From an uncultured virus (IMG/VR IMGVR_UViG_3300042868_009486) (taxonomy: Duplodnaviria; Heunggongvirae; Uroviricota; Caudoviricetes), in IMG/VR virus record IMGVR_UViG_3300042868_009486, positions 1 through 64,000 of that record: a stretch of 64,000 nt of DNA; one strand, given 5' to 3'. The notes beneath the pieces are model-generated. The model was not told the origin of the DNA, ran no database searches, and saw only the letters and a list, made by a program, of their open reading frames with translations. Below are positions 39,004 to 49,262 of the stretch, piece by piece. Numbering within the stretch: position 1 is the stretch's first letter; every line of letters starts with the position of its first letter. Both the position numbers and the translations under genes were made by a program.

Positions 39004-39846
39004 ATGAAGGTTTTAATTTTGGAATCACAATATGTCTCCCTTATGGAGGATATCAAAAAAGAACGATACAAAGAATTGGTGTCGAATCTTTTGGAAACTT
39101 TATTTGGGAAACTTTCTATTGTAGATAATGAAGATGGTGGTGAAATATATCAACATACCATACACGACCAAAATGGTGAAGATATAGCTGAAATCTATTT
39201 GGGAAAATATGGAAACGCGGGTTGCAAAAAAGACTTGACATTATCACGAGATGTTACTGAAAAACTCGAGGGGTATGTTCCTTATTTTCGACATAAATTA
39301 TTTTCTAAAGTTCTTGTTGATTATGTTTATGAACAATTGGGTATTAAATGTGATTGTGTTCAATATGATTATGATTTTGAAAATAAGGTGGAACTCGATA
39401 CTGACGGTACAGAATATGAATGGAGAAGTTCTAATACAAGAAAGTATAATGTCAAAAAGAAAAAGAAGATTAAAGAATCAATTGATAAGAAGAAAAAGTT
39501 TTTAATTGATGTAATGGGAATTGACTTCACAGATAAGATTGAAGAAATAAAAGATGCCTACGATGTTCCCTTGGAATTTGATGATATAATTGGTCCCGAT
39601 TTAATTAGACGAATGTTAAATTATTTTGGACCCATGTATCTTGTTGATATTGATGGGAAAAAATACTTATACCAATATAGATCCGATGAAGATAATAGGT
39701 TTGGATGGGATAGTGGTGATTTTGAATGGTTTCATGATGAGAATGGATTTGACTATGTTGATGGTGAAATCTCAGAAAAACTTGGTATTACACAAATGGG
39801 ACTAAAGTTCTCTGATATCATTGATATATTTTACAATGAAGACTAA
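39004..39846 (+). CDS. leader-bearing two-module protein
   Basis: MKVLILESQY leader; internal KKIKE|SIDKK junction. Confidence 0.7.
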   Translation: MKVLILESQYVSLMEDIKKERYKELVSNLLETLFGKLSIVDNEDGGEIYQHTIHDQNGEDIAEIYLGKYGNAGCKKDLTLSRDVTEKLEGYVPYFRHKLFSKVLVDYVYEQLGIKCDCVQYDYDFENKVELDTDGTEYEWRSSNTRKYNVKKKKKIKESIDKKKKFLIDVMGIDFTDKIEEIKDAYDVPLEFDDIIGPDLIRRMLNYFGPMYLVDIDGKKYLYQYRSDEDNRFGWDSGDFEWFHDENGFDYVDGEISEKLGITQMGLKFSDIIDIFYNED

Positions 39847-39871
39847 TATTTATATATAAAACAATTTAATT

Positions 39872-40435
39872 ATGAAAAATATTGAACAATACAGAAATAG
39901 GTTTAACTCTTTATTGGAGTCAACAATTGGGGATGTTAGACCTTTGATTAGTGAAGTTACCACAAACCCATTACACCAATTGATTGGAAAAACTGTAAAA
40001 TTCGAACCAATAAATTTAAATAGAGTAATTGGTGCGGATGTGAAAACAGATGTATGGTACGCTTCTGAGGTGGATAAGGAATCATTATCTAATCTTGATG
40101 CTAGTTATTGGGATGAATTTAAAACCGGAACAATCAAAGGAAAAATTAAAGGAGTAAGAATTCTTACACAGGATGTTATTTTATTTGAATTGGAGGATCT
40201 TGATAACCTTGCTCTTTCTACGAGAATAACAGCTGAACCTGATTTTAAATGTGGTGATGATGTTTTCAATATTACTCTTACGGTACAATCTTCTAATTCT
40301 TGGTTTTCAGGTAAAAAAGTTCAAGGGACCTACCGTAATGTAAAATTGGCAGAATACCTTAATAATAATTTACCATGTGGCGGGTTTGACTTTGCCAAAA
40401 TTGATTCTGAGGAAACTCCAACTAACTTTGCATAG
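39872..40435 (+). CDS. leader-bearing hypothetical protein
   Basis: RFNSLLESTIGDVRPLISE leader, like 34608. Confidence 0.75.
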   Translation: MKNIEQYRNRFNSLLESTIGDVRPLISEVTTNPLHQLIGKTVKFEPINLNRVIGADVKTDVWYASEVDKESLSNLDASYWDEFKTGTIKGKIKGVRILTQDVILFELEDLDNLALSTRITAEPDFKCGDDVFNITLTVQSSNSWFSGKKVQGTYRNVKLAEYLNNNLPCGGFDFAKIDSEETPTNFA

Positions 40436-40440
40436 ACCAA

Positions 40441-40914
40441 ATGTCTCCATTAGAAAAACTTAGCGATAAAGCACTTCTTCTTCTTATTAATCAAATAAGA
40501 GAAGAATTTGTGGATAATGATGTTGATTCATATAGCTTGGAAGAATTTTTATCAAGTTATAACATGATAGAAACAAAGGCATCCTATTTTGGAATTGATA
40601 ACTTACAAGTTCCAGATATAACTTATTTGTTTAAGTTATTTTCACAGATAGTTTATGACGAGGAAGATATTACAGAGTTACCCCCAAGACCACAACTAAA
40701 AAAACTAAGAGTTGAGTGGAGTGAAGATGTAACTGAATATAACCGATATTATTATCAAGATACCGTTGAGTCATATTATGATTTATCTACTTATGATATG
40801 CAAGTCTTAAGAAGTGAAGAATTTTTTGATCCATGGAGTGGTAAAATGTACCATAAAGAAATTTTGGATTCAGAAACAACTGAAGATGGGTGTACTGAAG
40901 TAACAGAAATCTGA
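40441..40914 (+). CDS. acidic hypothetical protein
   Basis: ORF. Confidence 0.7.
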   Translation: MSPLEKLSDKALLLLINQIREEFVDNDVDSYSLEEFLSSYNMIETKASYFGIDNLQVPDITYLFKLFSQIVYDEEDITELPPRPQLKKLRVEWSEDVTEYNRYYYQDTVESYYDLSTYDMQVLRSEEFFDPWSGKMYHKEILDSETTEDGCTEVTEI

Positions 40915-40984
40915 TTAAATTTTAAAACCCACAAAAGGTGGGTTTTTGTTTTTCAAACATATTTATAAAATATATTATTAAACT

Positions 40985-41356
40985 ATGAAAAAAATTGTAA
41001 GACTTACTGAATCTGAATTAACTAATTTGATCGGTAAAATTGTAAAGGAACAAAAATCACAATTCCAACCCGATTCGTATTATTTGAATGTTGCAAATAA
41101 AATGATGAAAAATAACCCAAAACCTGACCAAGGTGGTAAATACTGCTTTACACCAAAAGGGTTGTCAAATGAAATAAAAAATCAAGGGGAGGACTACATC
41201 AAATTTTATAAAATTAAAAAAAATGACACATTAAGTAATCTGCAATCAATGACAGACCAAGATTCTGCACTTATAAAAATGAATCCTGTGTGTAATTTGA
41301 AATCTGTAGTTAAGGTTGGTGATGTTGTTATAATGAGTATGAGAGAATCCATGTGA
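40985..41356 (+). CDS. leader-bearing protein with LysM-like domain
   Basis: MKKIVRLTESEL leader; YKIKKNDTLS...MNP...VKVGDVV. Confidence 0.65.
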   Translation: MKKIVRLTESELTNLIGKIVKEQKSQFQPDSYYLNVANKMMKNNPKPDQGGKYCFTPKGLSNEIKNQGEDYIKFYKIKKNDTLSNLQSMTDQDSALIKMNPVCNLKSVVKVGDVVIMSMRESM

Positions 41357-41487
41357 TCATGGTCCGTTAATTTTTATTATCTTTTACAACAAAAACACCC
41401 TCATAGATTGGGGGTGTTTTTTTATTGATTTAATATATTTATCAGTAAGATCTTTTGGTCGATAAACATTAATTAAACTCAAATAAG

Positions 41488-41619
41488 ATGGCAAAAATAA
41501 AAGGGGGTTCAAGTGATTCAAGAAAACAATCATTTGGTAAAAAAAGGGTTGGGAAATTAAAAAGAAAATTCGGACCAAAAGAACAAAGACCAAAAAAATA
41601 TAAAGGACAAGGTAGATAA
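41488..41619 (+). CDS. 43-aa very basic peptide (not in ORF track)
   Basis: MAKIKGGSSDSRKQSFGKKRVGKLKRKFGPKEQRPKKYKGQGR; TAATG coupling to the next gene. Confidence 0.7.
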   Translation: MAKIKGGSSDSRKQSFGKKRVGKLKRKFGPKEQRPKKYKGQGR

Positions 41620-42068
41620 TGTTTACAAAAGAGGAAATAACTAAAATTAACAAAAGTGTATCAAAACAAGAATTTGAAACTCCTGTTTATATATACCCTG
41701 ATGATAAAAGTAACACATCAGTAACTTACACATTTGAGATTGTTGGAATTAAACCAATGATTTCAGTTGGTGAGTGGTATGATTATGCTATGTACGATGT
41801 GACTATTTTGGATGCAAACGAAACATTAAAAAAATGGATGTCAATTGCTATTAAAATATTCTACGAATACAAAACTGACGAACCGTTAAAACAAAGGTTA
41901 GAATACTTCTTGAAAAAAGATAGTTACATTCTTAGACGAGTTAATGAAGATATAGATAACACTTTAGGGTATTACCACACAGGAGATTATAGTCGATCAA
42001 CTATGAGAGATGTATATGTCTCTAACGAATTAGTAAAGGAAATAGAAAATATTGTTATAAAGATGTAA
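41619..42068 (+). CDS. hypothetical protein
   Basis: ORF. Confidence 0.7.
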   Translation: MFTKEEITKINKSVSKQEFETPVYIYPDDKSNTSVTYTFEIVGIKPMISVGEWYDYAMYDVTILDANETLKKWMSIAIKIFYEYKTDEPLKQRLEYFLKKDSYILRRVNEDIDNTLGYYHTGDYSRSTMRDVYVSNELVKEIENIVIKM

Positions 42069-42077
42069 CAAAAGAAA

Positions 42078-42150
42078 CGGCTTAGGACCGATATAGCAAC
42101 GGCTATATAAAACCCCCATCAGTGTCGCTACCAATGGGGGTTTATTTTTT
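42078..42150 (+). ncRNA. candidate three-hairpin structured RNA ending in a terminator
   Basis: CGG-CTTAGGA-CCG, ATATAGC-AACG-GCTATAT, AAACCCCCAT-loop-ATGGGGGTTT. Confidence 0.4.
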
Positions 42151-42575
42151 TATTGGATTTCTAATACTTCTAAATCGAAAATTAGTTTTTTTCCAGCAAG
42201 TGGGTGATTCGCATCCAACACGACTGTACTTTCTTTAACTTCTTTTACTGTTAAAATAATCGGACCCATTTCAGTTTGGGCTTGAAGTTGCATTCCTGCT
42301 GAAACTTCTCCTGGCATATTTTCCAAAGGAACCTCTTGCTCCATGTTTGGAAGGTATTCGCCATATGCATCCGACGGATCAATTTGTACTTCTTTTGTGT
42401 CTCCAACAGACATATCAATTAATCCCGATTCAAAACCTGAAATTAATTGACCTTGACCTAAAGTTGCTGTCAAAGGGTCTCTCCCTTCGACCATTGAGGA
42501 ATCGAAAACAGTACCATCTTCTAATCTTCCTGTGTAATGTACCTTGACGGTATCTCCATTTTGTATTTTTCTCAT
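42150..42575 (-). CDS. FKBP-type peptidyl-prolyl isomerase (SlyD/FkpB-like, no His tail)
   Basis: VKVHYTGRLEDGTVFDSS, GQLISGFE, AYG, DANHPLAGKKLIFD. Confidence 0.92.
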   Translation of the reverse strand: MRKIQNGDTVKVHYTGRLEDGTVFDSSMVEGRDPLTATLGQGQLISGFESGLIDMSVGDTKEVQIDPSDAYGEYLPNMEQEVPLENMPGEVSAGMQLQAQTEMGPIILTVKEVKESTVVLDANHPLAGKKLIFDLEVLEIQ

Positions 42576-42670
42576 AATAATATTTTTAGAAAACTTAATT
42601 AAAAAATTTTGTTAAGTAAAACAAAACGATCTATATATTGAAAATAAATTATTTTTACTATATTTGTGGT

Positions 42671-42964
42671 ATGGAAAATTTAGATAAGTTAGAACTACAA
42701 GAAATAAAATCTTTATGTAAGAAGTATGAAATCGGAACCGTCGGTGATAAAAAAACTTTGGTAAAAAAACTAAAATATTATTTGGACCCAATACAAAATG
42801 TTTTGAACACTCATGTTGGAAGAAAAATACCTAAGGAAAAAGAAATTGTAGGGGTTCCTGCCGACTCAACCGATAAGATTAATTCTGTTTTGAAAAAAAA
42901 AGGTCAATTTCTTTATTATTCTTTGGGGTATAACTACTACATGGTAGATAAATCGGATAAATAA
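42671..42964 (+). CDS. hypothetical protein with SAP/HeH-like N-terminus
   Basis: L.LQEIKSLCKKYEI.T.GDKKTLV.KL; TATATTTG at 42659. Confidence 0.55.
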   Translation: MENLDKLELQEIKSLCKKYEIGTVGDKKTLVKKLKYYLDPIQNVLNTHVGRKIPKEKEIVGVPADSTDKINSVLKKKGQFLYYSLGYNYYMVDKSDK

Positions 42965-42979
42965 AGTATTTATTTTAAT

Positions 42980-44167
42980 ATGGGTAAAAAGTTTGTTATA
43001 TCTGAAAATGATAAAAGACATATCATGTCTTTGTATGGAATATTATCCGAAGAAACTGCAAATTTAATTTTCGGTAAAGTTGTCAGTGAGGTTTTTCTTG
43101 ATGATTATTTATTGTCTATGTATGAAAAATATACGGTAGGTATAAAAAATCTGAAAATAACTCTCGGTTACTTTGGGTCAAACGGCTCAGGAACATTTAC
43201 AAAAGTTTTAGATACAACAACAGACGAAGAAGGAAATTTTAAATTTGAAAATACACCACTAAGATCGGATTACACAATTATAGTTCCCGAGACTAATACC
43301 TTTAAGCAAGTAATTAAAAAAATTAATATAACCAAGGGGAAGGATCTTAATGTTGGAGACATTGTGGTCACATCAAAAACCGAAGTTCCAAATAATATGA
43401 TCTCTACTGATACAGATTTAAAAGATCCTTGTGGTGAATTTGAATCTTCATCTACTATTTTCTATGGTCGAGGTAATGAGGAAGTTAAAACCTCATCTAA
43501 GTTTGAAGGTGAACTTTCAGTGTCTCAGTCAATATTAGATGCTCTTACAAGTATAGTTGAGCAGTATTTTGAAAAGTTTCAAATAGATGAATCACTATTA
43601 GATTCCGCATTAGAATGTTTAGAAGTGAAAGAAGTCCCATTTAATTATGAGATAGTTTGTAATCAGATTATATCTTTAGCGACAACATCATTCAAGTATG
43701 TTGTAGTAAAAGCGGATATAAAAGACATTACTAAATTTCTTCAGGAATGTTCAAAGTATTCTAATAAAGAAATTATTGAACCTGAAAAAAAGATTGAGTT
43801 TGAAGATTACAAATTTATAGATGCTTTGAATTTGTCTTATGATACAAAACGAAAAATATTTATGTTAGTTGGATTATCGTCCGATCAAAACACTAATGAA
43901 GTTTTGGAAAGATTGAATAAAAGTCCTGAAAGGGTTGACTCGATAAATAAAAATTATATAAACCTTTACTATCAGGTTGATAGAGGTGATAAGGATAAAT
44001 ATTATATTGCGTCTGAATTTTTAGACATGGAGTCCTACCCATCAATCTACATTATTGAAGTTGTAAATGATCCTAATAACACTGAATTAAGGGACAGTAT
44101 AAAAATAATCAAAAGGTTGGATGGTGTAAGTAATAACTTGGAATCACTTGACACTTTGGGTATTTAA
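42980..44167 (+). CDS. leader-bearing protein with Cna-B/carboxypeptidase-regulatory-like domain
   Basis: FVISENDKRHIMSLYGILSEE; TTTDEEGNFKF....YTI. Confidence 0.6.
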   Translation: MGKKFVISENDKRHIMSLYGILSEETANLIFGKVVSEVFLDDYLLSMYEKYTVGIKNLKITLGYFGSNGSGTFTKVLDTTTDEEGNFKFENTPLRSDYTIIVPETNTFKQVIKKINITKGKDLNVGDIVVTSKTEVPNNMISTDTDLKDPCGEFESSSTIFYGRGNEEVKTSSKFEGELSVSQSILDALTSIVEQYFEKFQIDESLLDSALECLEVKEVPFNYEIVCNQIISLATTSFKYVVVKADIKDITKFLQECSKYSNKEIIEPEKKIEFEDYKFIDALNLSYDTKRKIFMLVGLSSDQNTNEVLERLNKSPERVDSINKNYINLYYQVDRGDKDKYYIASEFLDMESYPSIYIIEVVNDPNNTELRDSIKIIKRLDGVSNNLESLDTLGI

Positions 44168-44191
44168 TAATATTTATAAAAAAAACATGTT

Positions 44192-44521
44192 ATGAATAAT
44201 AAGATAAATAAAGAATTAAAAGAAATGAAGTACCTTTTTGGTTATGAAAGAGGTAGAGTTATTTCAGAACAAAATATGCCAATCGATGAATACGAAGTGG
44301 AAGATGATATCGAAGTTTTAGATTTTGATCCTGAATTTGCAGGTAGAGAAGTAGAAACACCGGTAAGACCCGATGTTGACACACCAACAAAACCATCGAA
44401 ACCCGGAACACCGTATAGACCAAAACCAGGACCAAAGAAAAATCCTAAGGCAGACATGGATGATGTTGATATGCCAAATTGGTTATCATTTGATGAATTA
44501 GGTTTAAATTTTGAAGACTAA
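44192..44521 (+). CDS. leader-bearing Pro-rich protein
   Basis: INKELKEMKYLFGYERGRVISEQ; P-rich segment. Confidence 0.7.
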   Translation: MNNKINKELKEMKYLFGYERGRVISEQNMPIDEYEVEDDIEVLDFDPEFAGREVETPVRPDVDTPTKPSKPGTPYRPKPGPKKNPKADMDDVDMPNWLSFDELGLNFED

Positions 44522-44523
44522 CT

Positions 44524-45801
44524 ATGAAAAAATTAATCGAACAAAGAGACGAACTTAGAGTTAAATTAGTTTTAGAAGGATTAAGTAATGCTGAAATGAA
44601 TCGTTTAGCAAAACTTTCATCTAAAATAAATGAGGCTCCAATCGATTATGAGGGACCTGAAAGAATGGAACCAGGAATCGAAAGAAAGATTACAGGTAAA
44701 GAAACACCTTACCACAACTTCCCAGCGATACCCGAAATGGATAGAGACTTTATAGAACTTATTTCTTCAAAAAGATTCAAAGACTCTGTTGATAAAGTTA
44801 GAAGATACATGGGTAATACCCAAATCATTCAAGGAGGTAATCCACTCATGCAGTTGATGATGACAGTTGGTCAGGCGATGCAACAAATCATTGGTATCCA
44901 AATGAGACATAAGGAAGAATTGGAACAACTCGCTATCAAACTTGTCAAAGATGAGATGGGAATTCCTGAAGATGCAATGCAGTTCAAGGCTGAACTTGTT
45001 ATGCAACCAATGGGTGCTGCTGAAGGGATGCAACAAGAACCTGAACTACCAAGTGAAGAAGAAGTTGAAGAGTTTATGGGCGATATGGAGTCATTTAATT
45101 TAGAAAGGTCTAAAAGAAGATTCATTAATTCACTTATTCAAGGGGCAGCATTTAAAGGTGGACATATGTATGTATTAGTTTCAAATGAACTAAACGACAT
45201 GGACCCAAGATTATTGAACCTATATGGCGTTTCACAATCTTTGATGGAACATGCTTATTGGATTTTCCCTGATATGGAACAAATGGCTGGCGGTGGTGGT
45301 GGTCAAATGGGACAATCAGAAGTTGATGAAGAAACTGATCCACCCACAGTAAAGGCTAAAGCAGTAACATTCCCATTATTAGTTCACGAGTTAGTTAAAG
45401 GTGTTTATGAAATCTTTGGAACACATGGTTTACCTGATGACCCAAGACAACAAGAAATGATTTTAAATGCTGAAGACACTTTACCTGCGGAAATTTGGGA
45501 CTCTCGTTTGGGTCCAATCTTTTGGGAAAAGTTTATGGCAACATATCCTATGGAATTATTTGATGAGGATAAAAAACATATACAACATTACTTATTTATG
45601 CGTTTCTCAGCACTTGACGCTAAAGAATTTTTCAGGGTAGCAAACCTTATTTTAGCCGGTGATCCTAAAGGAAACAAATTTATTCAAGACATGGTTGACG
45701 ATATTGTTCGTGAACTTAAAAAAGAGGAATATAGACAAGCATTACCTAACGAAGATGACGATGACAACTTGGATAACATCGATATTTCAGGATTATTTTA
45801 A
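44524..45801 (+). CDS. hypothetical protein (425 aa)
   Basis: Long ORF; KINE|APIDY; LVHELVKG. Confidence 0.8.
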   Translation: MKKLIEQRDELRVKLVLEGLSNAEMNRLAKLSSKINEAPIDYEGPERMEPGIERKITGKETPYHNFPAIPEMDRDFIELISSKRFKDSVDKVRRYMGNTQIIQGGNPLMQLMMTVGQAMQQIIGIQMRHKEELEQLAIKLVKDEMGIPEDAMQFKAELVMQPMGAAEGMQQEPELPSEEEVEEFMGDMESFNLERSKRRFINSLIQGAAFKGGHMYVLVSNELNDMDPRLLNLYGVSQSLMEHAYWIFPDMEQMAGGGGGQMGQSEVDEETDPPTVKAKAVTFPLLVHELVKGVYEIFGTHGLPDDPRQQEMILNAEDTLPAEIWDSRLGPIFWEKFMATYPMELFDEDKKHIQHYLFMRFSALDAKEFFRVANLILAGDPKGNKFIQDMVDDIVRELKKEEYRQALPNEDDDDNLDNIDISGLF

Positions 45802-45811
45802 AAATAAAAAA

Positions 45812-46105
45812 ATGGAAAGAAGAATAACAGAATCAGAAATCAATAGAATCGTTAATAGAGTTATTAACGAAGAAATGGAAGACAAAGAATTAAGATTTGG
45901 GGTCGCATATAACAAACAAACTGAGTTGGTTGATGATGTCATCAACAGGATTAAAGAATATGGTGAAGAATATACAAGAGCCCTTAATAAATTGAACTTT
46001 GATTTCCCAACCGAGAAATATAAAAGAGTTGAAAGACCAAGAAGAGATAATTTTGAATTACCAAAGGGTGTTAGAGTACAAAGTAGTGTATTTGGTGATG
46101 AGTAA
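45812..46105 (+). CDS. leader-bearing hypothetical protein
   Basis: MERRITESEINRIVNRVINEE leader. Confidence 0.75.
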   Translation: MERRITESEINRIVNRVINEEMEDKELRFGVAYNKQTELVDDVINRIKEYGEEYTRALNKLNFDFPTEKYKRVERPRRDNFELPKGVRVQSSVFGDE

Positions 46106-46110
46106 TACTT

Positions 46111-46767
46111 ATGGACACTGAAAAAATATTAGAATTATTTAAAAAATATGCGGGAGACAAGATTAATTTGTATGGATTAATCGTGACTCCCGTTTTAGTT
46201 GAGACTAGTTTCAAAACTAAAGGTCAGTATAACATATTTTTTAATTTTGAAAATCCAAATAATGTATCTTATTATACAATAATAGTGGAGAATGAATTAT
46301 CTGAAGATGTTGAGTCATTCGAATCAATAATCAATGAAAAAATAAATACATATTTATTGCCAAGCATTAAAAGAGGTCTTTATTTTAATAATGAACTCAA
46401 AGAAAAAATTCAAAATGTATTTGATTCTGTTAAAATTATAAAATTTGTTACAGGAACACCGTTTATTGGTTACGAAAGATACGAAATACATGTAGAATCG
46501 GTTGGTTTCAAAACATATGCGTATGATGATGAAAGTCTCTATATAGAAAATAATGTAAAAGCACTTAAAGCGACAAAAAATGGTGAAGAAATCAATATAC
46601 AAGAAGCGATTTTTGAATATGTCGACGAATTTTTACCAAATGTTGAGACTTATTGGGAAACAGAAAATTTATATAACCCAATTGACTATATTTTAAACGA
46701 TTATCCCTTATTAACTGACAGATGGGGTCACATCGCTGGTTACTACGACACAAAATTTATCCAATAA
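46111..46767 (+). CDS. hypothetical protein
   Basis: 218-aa ORF. Confidence 0.7.
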   Translation: MDTEKILELFKKYAGDKINLYGLIVTPVLVETSFKTKGQYNIFFNFENPNNVSYYTIIVENELSEDVESFESIINEKINTYLLPSIKRGLYFNNELKEKIQNVFDSVKIIKFVTGTPFIGYERYEIHVESVGFKTYAYDDESLYIENNVKALKATKNGEEINIQEAIFEYVDEFLPNVETYWETENLYNPIDYILNDYPLLTDRWGHIAGYYDTKFIQ

Positions 46768-48031
46768 CTGATTTACTCCTTTTTTTTCTGTGAAATGTAA
46801 TAACAAATCGGTGAACCTCATTCTGAATTGTTGCAAGTAAGTTAAAAAACTTTTTATTTTCAAATTTTACACTATTTCCATCAGTAAAATGTATAATATC
46901 TGACCTGTGCTGTGAGTTTTTAGATATAGATAGTAAATCTATACGATTAGATAGTGAAAGTTCGTCAAATACTCTCTTTGCTATACCTAATTGACCTTTA
47001 CCACCGTCGATGATCACTAAATCTGGTAATTTTGACCGTTCTTTAAGTAATCTTGTAAACCTTCTTCGTAAAACCTCATCAAATGAAGCATAATCATCAG
47101 GACCAACAACGGTTTTAATGTTGAATTTACGGTATTCTGATGTGTTTTTCTTACCATTTGTGTATCTAACAAGGGCAGACACCTGACAATCCCCATTAGT
47201 GTGGGAGTTATCGTACATTTCTATGTCAATTGGGGTGTTTTGTAGACCAAAAGTAGTCTTAAACTCATCAGCAATCACCAAATAACCACCAATTCTTGCA
47301 GATTCTACACATTTTTCGTACTTATCAAGGGCATTTAGTCTAAATTTAATAGTATTTGCCTTCTCAAACTCCATAATTTTACTAAATGCGTTCATTTTAC
47401 GAATTAATTTACCTCGCAATTGGTCAAAATTGTATAAAACCACCTGTTTTAGTTCAGATATTACCTCACGATAGATAAATTTATTAATATTTGATACACA
47501 TGGTGCGTCACATCTACCCATATGGGACTCTAAACACACCTTAAACTTGTTATTTTCAATGTTTTCAGGTGTTAATTCATAAGAACATGAGCGTAAATTA
47601 AAGATATCGTGTAATAAATCATACATTTCATGACACATACTACTACTTGGAACCTCAATTAAAGGGTCTGAGTCCAAATTAGTATCATTTTTAACCTCTA
47701 AACGAGGAAAATCGTCATTTGTAAGGGTTAAATACCATTTTTTTGACCTATCATCCTTCAATTTGATGTTAAATTTAGGATTATGGGTCTTAATTAGATC
47801 ATTTTCTAAAATAAATGCGGAATTTTCGTCTAAAGTTGTCAAAAAATCCACATCTACAATGTTTTCTACCAATAATTGGGTCTTACTTGGGTGATTTTTG
47901 TTAGAAAAGTACGATTTTACCCTATTTGGGAGGTATTTTGCCTTACCTACATAGATAATTTGACCTTTTTTATCTTTAAAAAGGTAACAACCACTACTTT
48001 TTGGGATATTTTGGAGCTTTTCTACTAACAT
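46757..48031 (-). CDS. uvrC: excinuclease ABC subunit C, compact form
   Basis: GIY-YIG (GCYLF..IIYVGKAK...RVKSY), Cys cluster, UVR (MEFEKA), RNase-H-like DNSH/DDY/DLVIIDGGKGQ, EVHRF; TAnnTTTG on the - strand at 48037-48044. Confidence 0.9.
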   Translation of the reverse strand: MLVEKLQNIPKSSGCYLFKDKKGQIIYVGKAKYLPNRVKSYFSNKNHPSKTQLLVENIVDVDFLTTLDENSAFILENDLIKTHNPKFNIKLKDDRSKKWYLTLTNDDFPRLEVKNDTNLDSDPLIEVPSSSMCHEMYDLLHDIFNLRSCSYELTPENIENNKFKVCLESHMGRCDAPCVSNINKFIYREVISELKQVVLYNFDQLRGKLIRKMNAFSKIMEFEKANTIKFRLNALDKYEKCVESARIGGYLVIADEFKTTFGLQNTPIDIEMYDNSHTNGDCQVSALVRYTNGKKNTSEYRKFNIKTVVGPDDYASFDEVLRRRFTRLLKERSKLPDLVIIDGGKGQLGIAKRVFDELSLSNRIDLLSISKNSQHRSDIIHFTDGNSVKFENKKFFNLLATIQNEVHRFVITFHRKKRSKSVIG

Positions 48032-48099
48032 TTACACAAAAATAAGGTTTTTTCGGTCAAAATACAACAAAATAACGGTCAAAATAGGTATTTATTAGT

Positions 48100-48651
48100 A
48101 TGAAAATCGTAATTACAGAGTCACAATACCGTTTTTTGGTCGAAAATACCCAAGAAATAGACAAAATTCTAGATAAAATGGGTAAAATTGGGTATGAAAA
48201 CCTTGAAAATGAGGAAAAAATGACCCTAAATGCCTATTCTGAGTGGTTAAATAGTGGAAAAAAGGGTGAATTTACCCCCCAAAATGACCAAAAACAGACT
48301 GATTTTGAGGGTAAAATGGGTGAAAAATGGACCAGAACGCTACAAGATGGTAGTGAATTTACCTTCCAATTTGACTATGAAGAAATAGAAAATGATGTAG
48401 AATTGTATTTTGGAGTAGTGACTTGGAATAACACTCAGTGGGTTGGGTGTATTGTTGCAGAAAAAGACGGATCTTTAGCTATGTTAGACTTCGTAGAGGA
48501 TGACGGTGAATTTGAAACATACGATAATGTACAAATATCGTCTAAATTTGAACAAAAACAACATAGATATTTACAGAACGAACTTGGTAAATTACAAAAT
48601 GAGGTTGATTATTATGTTGAGGAAGTGATTATTCCTGAGTTAATGGATTAA
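48100..48651 (+). CDS. leader-bearing hypothetical protein
   Basis: MKIVITESQY; IDKILDK....GYE.L...EK..L helical motif. Confidence 0.75.
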   Translation: MKIVITESQYRFLVENTQEIDKILDKMGKIGYENLENEEKMTLNAYSEWLNSGKKGEFTPQNDQKQTDFEGKMGEKWTRTLQDGSEFTFQFDYEEIENDVELYFGVVTWNNTQWVGCIVAEKDGSLAMLDFVEDDGEFETYDNVQISSKFEQKQHRYLQNELGKLQNEVDYYVEEVIIPELMD

Positions 48652-49251
48652 ATCGTTGCTTTTCAAATAATCAAACATAGATTTTGCTAACTTTTCACCA
48701 AATCTAATATCAGAAGGATAATGTGCCTTTGCCATTTGTCGTGAATTTGTTATATCTTTACATATCTTATTAAAATCCTTTTTATAGTCAGGATACAATT
48801 CACATAAAACCATACATAAAAGATTAGAGGTGGTGGAGTGACCTGATGGGTAGGCAAACCCTTCCATCGAATCTAACATTGTGTCTGTTAAGGATGGGTC
48901 TAATCTAAACGGTCTTGGTCTTTTGTAGTGTGATTTTAAATCTAAAACAATATGATATAAATCATCATATACCTTTTTGAGGTATTTTTTGTTGTATTTG
49001 ATTTTTTTTTCTTCTAAAAACTCCATAAAGTTTCCTAACATGTCGTCTTTTTCTTGAATAAATAATTTATCTAAGTTGATAGATCTTAAATATTCTATTT
49101 CTTTTTTGGTTTGATCACTAGAATCTGAAGGTGGTGGAACATCTTTAAATGATGAATAATCAAACTTATAAAACAAATTGTTTTTGTCCATTTTGGTTTC
49201 GTTTAAGTTCATTAAGTTCTTAATTTTTAAAATTTCTTCATATAGTAGCAT
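48640..49251 (-). CDS. leader-bearing PAP2/acid phosphatase
   Basis: K..YKRPRP, YPSGHS, SR....HYPSD; start at MLLYEEILKIKNLMNLNE. Confidence 0.85.
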   Translation of the reverse strand: MLLYEEILKIKNLMNLNETKMDKNNLFYKFDYSSFKDVPPPSDSSDQTKKEIEYLRSINLDKLFIQEKDDMLGNFMEFLEEKKIKYNKKYLKKVYDDLYHIVLDLKSHYKRPRPFRLDPSLTDTMLDSMEGFAYPSGHSTTSNLLCMVLCELYPDYKKDFNKICKDITNSRQMAKAHYPSDIRFGEKLAKSMFDYLKSNDLIH

Positions 49252-49262
49252 ATTTATAAATA
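49251..49262. promoter_or_regulatory. palindromic TATTTATAAATA, candidate bidirectional phage promoter
   Basis: Carries TATTTAT on both strands between divergent genes. Confidence 0.45.
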
